This document shows, in pieces, positions 8,568-13,590 of a DNA stretch of 13,590 nt. Position 1 is the first letter of the stretch; each line of letters starts with the position of its first letter. Origin of the DNA: Chthoniobacteraceae bacterium (GTDB lineage Bacteria; Verrucomicrobiota; Verrucomicrobiia; Chthoniobacterales; Chthoniobacteraceae); assembly GCA_040081625.1 (NCBI GenBank), contig JBEBGD010000132.1, positions 1 through 13,590 of the forward strand, written 5' to 3'. The notes below the pieces were generated by a model. It did not search any database. It worked only from the letters and a program-made list of their open reading frames with translations, and was not told the origin of the DNA. A program made the translations under genes and the position numbers.

Positions 8568-9811
8568 GCTAGCAGCGCTCCCGCGCACGCCTCCGCAAAG
8601 GCGGGGTCATTGATCTCGCAGTCCATCTCCACCAGCGGAATGCCCGCCCGCAGGTGCTGCCTGATCGAGCCGAAGAGCGCCGCATCCGCCTCCGGCAAAT
8701 GGAAGGGCTGCCCCGCCGCGCTGATGATGCTGATCGCTTTCAGCGGCAGCAGCACCGTCACCGGTCCGCGATAGCTATTGACCTTCTGCGCGAGGATCCG
8801 GCCCAGCTCGGAGCACTCGGCGGGCGTCGTGCGCATGAGCGTCACCTGCGGGTTGTGGTGGTAGAAGGTGCGCCCTGCAAATTTCGCGGGCACGGTCTCG
8901 GGCGCGCCGAAGTTCACCATGTCCAGGCAGCCCGGCGCCACCACCGCGGGCGTGCCCGTCTTCGCCGCCGCATCCAGGCGCGCCGGCCCCGCGCCGAGCA
9001 CGCCGCCGACCAGTTCATCCGCCCACTCGGTCGTCGTTACATCCAGCACGCCAGCCACCATGCTGCTCTCGATGAGCGATTCCATCGTGCGCCCGCCCGT
9101 GCCGGTCGCGTGAAAGACGAGCACTTCAAAGCCCGCCGCCTCGAGCTGCTTCGTCGCATGGCCGACACATGTCGTGGTGTTGCCGAACATGCTCGCGACG
9201 ATGATCGGGCGATCCTCTCCCTCTCCTTCTTCATCTCCATCGCCTTCTGTCCGGGCGCCGGAGGAAGCAGAAGCAGAAGCAGAGACCGACTCCACCATCC
9301 CGCACACCGCCCCAGCGGCCCGCGCGAGGATCATGCGCGAGATGCGGTTGAGCCCCTGCACATCCACGATCGCGGGCATCATCACGATGTCCTTCACCCC
9401 CACGTAAGGCGCGCAGTTGCCCGCCGCCAGCGTGCTCACCATCACCTTCGGAAACCCGAGCGGCAGCGCGCGCATCCCCGCAGTGGCGATGGACGTGCCC
9501 CCGCCGCCGCCCAGCGAGATCACCCCATCGATTCGCCCCTCCACCGCGAGCCGTGCGAGGACGACCGCCGCCGCGCCGCCCATCGCCGCCACGCACTCTC
9601 CGCGATCGTGCCGCGCCGTGAGCGCCGCGAGATCCAGGCCCGCGAGCCGCGCCACCTCCTCGCGCGGGAGGTCCGGCGTCACGCGCGGGGGCTGGTCGGT
9701 GCCGACATCGATCAATAGCGTGGCGTGCCCGTGTGCGCGGATCAGCGTGGCGACATAGGCATGTTCGTCGCCTTTGGTATCGAGGGTGCCGAGGACAGCG
9801 ATGGTGGGCAT
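8528..9811 (-). CDS. UPF0261 family / Tm-1-like ATP-binding domain protein, 427 aa
   Basis: It starts MPTIAVLGTLDTKGDE (CAT at 9809-9811). Family motifs: ISLGGGGGTSIATAGMRALPLGFPKVMVSTLA, DVQGLNRIS, SMFGNTTTCV, VFHATGTGGRTME, DVTTTE, PGCLDMVNFG, HNPQVTLMRT, INDPAFA. Confidence 0.93.
   Translation of the reverse strand: MPTIAVLGTLDTKGDEHAYVATLIRAHGHATLLIDVGTDQPPRVTPDLPREEVARLAGLDLAALTARHDRGECVAAMGGAAAVVLARLAVEGRIDGVISLGGGGGTSIATAGMRALPLGFPKVMVSTLAAGNCAPYVGVKDIVMMPAIVDVQGLNRISRMILARAAGAVCGMVESVSASASASSGARTEGDGDEEGEGEDRPIIVASMFGNTTTCVGHATKQLEAAGFEVLVFHATGTGGRTMESLIESSMVAGVLDVTTTEWADELVGGVLGAGPARLDAAAKTGTPAVVAPGCLDMVNFGAPETVPAKFAGRTFYHHNPQVTLMRTTPAECSELGRILAQKVNSYRGPVTVLLPLKAISIISAAGQPFHLPEADAALFGSIRQHLRAGIPLVEMDCEINDPAFAEACAGALLAHLPASSATRKPM
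9212..9289 (-). repeat. In-frame low-complexity, hexamer-periodic quasi-palindrome within the UPF0261 gene
   Basis: The mRNA reads (TCTGCT)x3 - TCCTCCGG CGC CCGGA - purine-rich hexamers GAAGGC GATGGA GATGAA GAAGGA GAGGGA GAG. It encodes SVSASASASSGARTEGDGDEEGEGED. Confidence 0.6.
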
Positions 9812-9863
9812 GGAGCCGCGTGGTATCAGCCGCGCCGATGTCCACAAGCCCCGAATCGCGCCG

Positions 9864-10562
9864 TTAGTCCGTCGCCTTCGCCACCTCGCGAAAGACGAGC
9901 ACGGCACCATCGATCTTCCCCAGCGGCGCAATAGCCGCCGCGTGCTCTTCGATCACGACGCTCGTGCCGTCCCGGCGCTGCACGAGGCAGCGCCTCGCAG
10001 GCGCCGTCGAGCCATCGCGCAAGCTCTGCGCCAGCGTGGACTCAAGCGGCGCGCCGGTCCGCTCATCGCAGAGTCGGAAGACCTCCCAGAGCGGACGCTC
10101 CGTGGCTTCCGCCGTCGGCCAGCCCGTCAGCTCGGCGGCGCGCGCATTCATAAAGCGCACCGTGCCTTTTTCGTCGGTCGCGATCACCCCATCGCTCATG
10201 AACTCCATGGTCCGCCGCGTCCACTCGCCAGCCGTGCGCCCATCCTGATCCGCCGCGTGCTGGCCGGCGAGAGCGCCCCAGATCACCAGCATCGTGAAGC
10301 CCATGGCCGCGAGGCAGATCGTGGCATTCAAGTCCGCGGCAAAGGAGCACACCGGCGGCTGGATGAAATACCAGCCCGCGACGAAGCTGGCCCCCATCGC
10401 CGTCAGCCCCGCGCGCGTCCCCGACACCCACGTGCATAAAGCCACGACCGCATAGAAAAGCGTGAAAGGCGCATTCGTTCGTAGCGCCTCGATCCAGAAC
10501 GTGAAGAACGCCGCCGCGGAAACTGCGGCGAAGCAGAACAAGCATTTGCACAACTGGCGCAT
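9864..10562 (-). CDS. Membrane sensor protein: DUF4118/KdpD-like transmembrane region plus a single PAS domain, with no output domain
   Basis: There are about 4 hydrophobic segments (FTLFYAVVALCTWVSGTRAGLTAMGASFVAGWYFIQPP). The PAS signature is MSDGVIATDEKGTVRFMNARAAELTGW...RRDGTSVVIEEHAAAI...GAVLVFREV. ATG 10562 has GGAGG about 13 nt upstream; GTG 10598 is an alternative start. Confidence 0.8.
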   Translation of the reverse strand: MRQLCKCLFCFAAVSAAAFFTFWIEALRTNAPFTLFYAVVALCTWVSGTRAGLTAMGASFVAGWYFIQPPVCSFAADLNATICLAAMGFTMLVIWGALAGQHAADQDGRTAGEWTRRTMEFMSDGVIATDEKGTVRFMNARAAELTGWPTAEATERPLWEVFRLCDERTGAPLESTLAQSLRDGSTAPARRCLVQRRDGTSVVIEEHAAAIAPLGKIDGAVLVFREVAKATD

Positions 10563-10675
10563 GATTTCTGTCGAACCTCCCGAGCCATTTAACTTCACGC
10601 CGCGGGAATGTAACAGAAAAATCTACGCCGCGAGGCACTCCGGAAGATGTTAGTCTTGCCGTAGGGAGATACCTT

Positions 10676-10726
10676 AAAAAAGAACCGCGGTGCGCGAGGG
10701 ACTTGGGGGCCCTCACACACCGCGGT
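10676..10726 (-). terminator. Rho-independent terminator of pnp
   Basis: On the minus strand: ACCGCGGTGTGTGAGGG, 9-nt loop, CCCTCGCGCACCGCGGT, then TCTTTTTT. The 17-bp stem has two non-Watson-Crick positions that are G-U pairs only on the minus strand. It begins 20 nt after the pnp stop. Confidence 0.88.
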
Positions 10727-10746
10727 CTAGTGGGAACTGTTAGGGA

Positions 10747-12900
10747 TCAGGCGTTGACCGGCGCCGCGGCGGGCACTTCGCCCTGCGCGGCGGCGTCTGC
10801 TTCCTTCATCGCAGCCTTGCGCGAGAGCTTCACGCGGCCCTTCTCGTCAATGCCGATGACTTTGACCCGGACCATGTCGCCCATCTTGACGACATCCTCG
10901 ACGCGGTTGACGCGGAAGTCGGCGAGTTCGCTGATGTGGCAGAGGCCGTCCTTGCCGGGCAGCACTTCGACGAAGCAGCCGAACTCCTTGATCGTCACGA
11001 CGCGGCCTTCGTAGACCTTGCCGATCTCCATTTCGGCGAACATGCCGTCGATGATCTGCTTGGCGCGGGCCATGCCATCGGGGTTGTTCGAGTAGATGTG
11101 CACGGTGCCGTCGTCCTCGACGTTGATCTGGCAGCCGGTCTCCGCGACGATGGCTTTAATGTTCTTGCCCTGAGGCCCGATCAGCATGCCGATCTTGTCG
11201 GGGTTGATCTTGATGGTCTCGATACGCGGGGCGTATTTGTTCAGCTCGGCGCGCGGGGCGGCGATGCAGGCTTCCATGGCGTCGAGGACCTTGAGGCGAT
11301 CGGCGGCGGCGCGCTCGACGGCCTCGTTCATGAGGCTGAGCGGAATGCCGGCCAGCTTGAGGTCGAGCTGGAAGCCGGTCAGGCCCGTGCGGGTTCCGCA
11401 GAGCTTCCAGTCCATGTCGCCGAAGTGATCTTCGCTGCCGATAATGTCGGTGAGCATCTTGTAGCGCTTCATCGTGTCACCGTCGAACTCGGTGACGAGA
11501 CCGGCGCTGATGCCGGCGACCGGGGCGAGCAACGGGACGCCCGCATCCATGAGGGCGAGGACGCCGCCGCACACGCTGGCCATGCTGGTCGAGCCATTGG
11601 AGGCCATGACTTCGCTCGAGATGCGGATGGCATACGGGAAGTCTTCGCGGCTCGGCAGGATGGGCTCGATGGAGCGCTCGGCGAGCGCGCCGTGGCCGAT
11701 CTCGCGGCGACCGGGCGAGCCGGTGCGGCCGGTCTCGCCGACGCTGAAGGGCGGGAAGTTGTAGTGGAGGAGGAAGTGCTTCTCGCTGGCGCCGCCGGTG
11801 TAGGCGTCGATCTCCTGGGCTTCCTCGGTCGTGGCCAGGGTCGCGAGGCAGAGCGCCTGCGTCTCGCCGCGGGAGAAGAGCGCGCTGCCGTGGCTGCGCG
11901 GGAGCATGCCCACTTCGGCGCTGAGCTGGCGGATGTCGTCGGTGCCGCGGCCATCGGCGCGGATGCCTTTGTCGAGGATGCTAACGCGGAAGGCTTTCTT
12001 CTGCAGATAGTCGAAGGCTTGGCTGATCTCGAAAGGCGTGGCTTCCGGGAACTTCGCGGTGATGGCGGCGCTGACCTCGTCCTTGAGGGCGTTGACGGCC
12101 TTGATGCGGTCAACCTTGCTGGGTTGATAGATGGCGCCTTCGATGCGCGCACCGGCGACTTGATAGGCAACCTCCATGATCTCATCACGCACGGTGAAGA
12201 GGGGCATGACGCGCTTGGTCTTGCCGACCTTGGCGGCGAGTTCCTTCTGGGCGTCGATCATGATCTGCGCATGGCGCTCGGCGAAGGCGAGGGCCTTGAT
12301 GAACTCCGCCTCCGGGAGCTGCTTGGCGCTGCCTTCGATCATGATGACCTTCCCCTCGATGCCCGCATAGACGAGGTCGAGGTCGCTCTCGGCGATCTGG
12401 TCGTGCGTGGGGTTGGCGATGAATTCGCCGCCGACGCGCCCGACGCGCACTGCGCCGACCGGGCCGGCGAAGGGGATGTCGCTCACCATCAGCGCGGCGC
12501 TCGCGCCGTTGATGACGAGCACGTCCGGCTCGATGACGCCATCGGCGCTGAGGAGGATGGAGATGAGCTGGGTGTCGTAGAGATAGCCTTTCGGGAAGAG
12601 CGGCCGCAGCGGGCGGTCGGTCATGCGGCAGGTGAGGATTTCCTTCTCCGAGGGGCGACCTTCACGGCGGAAGTAGCTGCCGGGGATCTTGCCGACGGCG
12701 GCGGCCTTCTCGCGGTAATCGACCGAGAGGGGGAACCAGTCCTGGCCTTCCTTGGTCTTGGTGGCCGAGACGGCGCTGACCATGACGATGGTGTCGCCGC
12801 AGGCGACGGTGACTGCGCCGTCAGCGAGGTTGGCGATCTTGCCGGTCTCGATGACGATGGGATTCGACCCGACGTGGGCCGATACGGTGTGGATACTCAT
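10747..12900 (-). CDS. pnp: Polyribonucleotide nucleotidyltransferase (PNPase)
   Basis: Motifs: [80 protein letters not shown]. It has C-terminal KH ([13 protein letters not shown]) and S1 ([11 protein letters not shown]) domains and lies downstream of rpsO. Confidence 0.99.
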   Translation of the reverse strand: MSIHTVSAHVGSNPIVIETGKIANLADGAVTVACGDTIVMVSAVSATKTKEGQDWFPLSVDYREKAAAVGKIPGSYFRREGRPSEKEILTCRMTDRPLRPLFPKGYLYDTQLISILLSADGVIEPDVLVINGASAALMVSDIPFAGPVGAVRVGRVGGEFIANPTHDQIAESDLDLVYAGIEGKVIMIEGSAKQLPEAEFIKALAFAERHAQIMIDAQKELAAKVGKTKRVMPLFTVRDEIMEVAYQVAGARIEGAIYQPSKVDRIKAVNALKDEVSAAITAKFPEATPFEISQAFDYLQKKAFRVSILDKGIRADGRGTDDIRQLSAEVGMLPRSHGSALFSRGETQALCLATLATTEEAQEIDAYTGGASEKHFLLHYNFPPFSVGETGRTGSPGRREIGHGALAERSIEPILPSREDFPYAIRISSEVMASNGSTSMASVCGGVLALMDAGVPLLAPVAGISAGLVTEFDGDTMKRYKMLTDIIGSEDHFGDMDWKLCGTRTGLTGFQLDLKLAGIPLSLMNEAVERAAADRLKVLDAMEACIAAPRAELNKYAPRIETIKINPDKIGMLIGPQGKNIKAIVAETGCQINVEDDGTVHIYSNNPDGMARAKQIIDGMFAEMEIGKVYEGRVVTIKEFGCFVEVLPGKDGLCHISELADFRVNRVEDVVKMGDMVRVKVIGIDEKGRVKLSRKAAMKEADAAAQGEVPAAAPVNA

Positions 12901-12956
12901 AGCTTGGGATGTAAATGCCCGGTCGCGCTCATTCAGCGCCTCGCATCCCGCCCGCG

Positions 12957-13040
12957 ATCTTAATCTTAATCCTAATCTTAACCCTGATCAGCCGGCCCGG
13001 AGCCCGCGATGAAGGTTAAGATTAAGATTACGATTAAGGA
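12957..13040. repeat. AT-rich inverted repeat built from TAATCT/AGATTA hexamers (long hairpin) in the rpsO-pnp intergenic region
   Basis: Left arm CTTAATCTTAATCCTAATCTTAACCCTGATC (12959-12989), 18-nt GC-rich loop, right arm GATGAAGGTTAAGATTAAGATTACGATTAAG (13008-13038). The 31-bp stem has 4 non-Watson-Crick positions, 2 of which are G-U in the minus-strand mRNA. Confidence 0.9.
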
Positions 13041-13113
13041 AATTGCGTGGCGGAACGCGGTCGGAGGATGGACCGCGGGGCCGGGGCTTGGGTTTGGTTT
13101 CTGTGGATCCCCG

Positions 13114-13148
13114 GAAACGATTCGCCCGCGAGGGGTGTCGCGGGCGAA
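13114..13148 (-). terminator. GC-rich hairpin after rpsO (probable weak terminator or processing/stabilising stem)
   Basis: Perfect 11-bp stem TTCGCCCGCGA / TCGCGGGCGAA (13121-13131, 13138-13148) with a 6-nt loop, 24 nt after the rpsO stop. It has only a weak U-tail (TCGTTTC) on the minus strand. Confidence 0.55.
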
Positions 13149-13172
13149 GTCTTCGGGAAAGTGTTCGTTGCG

Positions 13173-13427
13173 CTACTTGCGCAGGCTGAGCTTCTCCAGC
13201 ACGACCGTGTAGCGGTCGGCGGCGGTGCGCTTGAGGTAGTCGAGCAGCTTGCGCCGCTGGGCCACCATCATCAGCAGACCACGACGCGAGGAGTGATCCT
13301 TTGTGTGGGTCTTGAGGTGCTCGGAAATTTCGTTGATGCGCCGGGTGAGAACGGCGATCTGCACGTCCGAGCTCCCGGTATCTTTCGGGTTGAGTCGGAG
13401 TGAGTCTATGACGGTAGTGTCGGCCAT
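13173..13427 (-). CDS. rpsO: 30S ribosomal protein S15
   Basis: [52 protein letters not shown] is the S15 signature, and the gene order rpsO-pnp is the conserved one. Confidence 0.99.
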   Translation of the reverse strand: MADTTVIDSLRLNPKDTGSSDVQIAVLTRRINEISEHLKTHTKDHSSRRGLLMMVAQRRKLLDYLKRTAADRYTVVLEKLSLRK

Positions 13428-13451
13428 GTGCGGGTTGGAAATGGGGCGCGG

Positions 13452-13493
13452 AGTATGGGCGGGAGGCAGCGCTTGGCAAGCGGTTGTTTTTGC
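13452..13493 (-). promoter_or_regulatory. Putative sigma70 promoter of rpsO-pnp
   Basis: Minus strand: TTGCCA (13479-13474), 16 nt, CATACT (13457-13452). An A-tract (GCAAAAACAA) just upstream could act as an UP element. Confidence 0.6.
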
Positions 13494-13508
13494 AAATGTC
13501 GGGCCGGT

Positions 13509-13537
13509 TTGCGCCGCGGGCGTGGTGGACCTACCGT
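13509..13537 (+). promoter_or_regulatory. Putative sigma70-type promoter for the divergent gene
   Basis: TTGCGC (13509-13514), 17 nt, TACCGT (13532-13537), 9 nt, ATG 13547. Confidence 0.45.
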
Positions 13538-13546
13538 CGCCGCCCC

Positions 13547-13590
13547 ATGTCCCGCACCTTTCGATTCGCCACGCTGCTGCTTTTCGCCGG
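13547..13590 (+). CDS. Start of a divergent gene (3'-partial), possibly an exported protein
   Basis: The ATG is followed by [14 protein letters not shown]..., basic then hydrophobic like a signal peptide, and has a promoter-like motif directly upstream. Only 14 codons are visible. Confidence 0.45.
   Translation, partial: MSRTFRFATLLLFA

Noticed and set aside
8654..10439. Plus-strand ORFs of 354 aa and 221 aa and other short Arg/Ala/Pro-rich ORFs
   Set aside because: They overlap well-supported genes on the opposite strand and have composition typical of non-coding frames in GC-rich DNA.
10597..10632. Direct repeat ACGCCGCG x2 flanking an AT-rich patch with a TGnTACATT extended -10-like motif upstream of the PAS gene
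   Set aside because: An 8-mer GC-rich repeat is expected by chance at this composition. The promoter motif alone is too weak to call.
5484..12900. Functional link between the Tm-1-like genes and PNPase as an anti-RNA-virus system
   Set aside because: A strong terminator at 10676-10726 separates pnp from the downstream genes and rpsO-pnp is a universal housekeeping pair. Proximity alone is not evidence.
10936..12963. 675-aa plus-strand ORF
   Set aside because: It is the antisense shadow of pnp, which is typical of highly biased high-GC genes.
12957..13040. Possible CRISPR array or telomere-like/iteron repeats (also 6362-6497)
   Set aside because: The units are 6-7 nt, contiguous and have no unique spacers. 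No cas or rep gene is in the window.

Overview
GC-rich bacterial window, probably from the PVC superphylum (Verrucomicrobiota-like; inferred from the PEP-CTERM protein, the Ser/Thr kinase-FGE fusion and SD-less starts, not proven). From left to right it contains: (1) a 5'-truncated giant RTX Ca-binding protein whose stop overlaps the start of (2) a PEP-CTERM surface protein; (3) on the minus strand, a PEP_hydrolase/TIM-barrel gene and a UPF0261 gene, the two halves of the plant Tm-1 virus-resistance protein, here separated by (4) an oppositely oriented membrane Ser/Thr kinase with an FGE-sulfatase-like domain; (5) a membrane+PAS sensor with no output domain; (6) the housekeeping rpsO-pnp operon with its promoter, hairpins and terminator; and (7) the start of a divergent gene. 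The most notable non-gene signal is three elements built as 'short tandem repeat arm - spacer - inverted tandem repeat arm'. One is a 7-mer in a divergent promoter region, one is a 6-mer in the pnp leader, and one degenerate 6-mer lies in frame inside the UPF0261 gene. No mobile element, CRISPR array or RNA gene was recognised.
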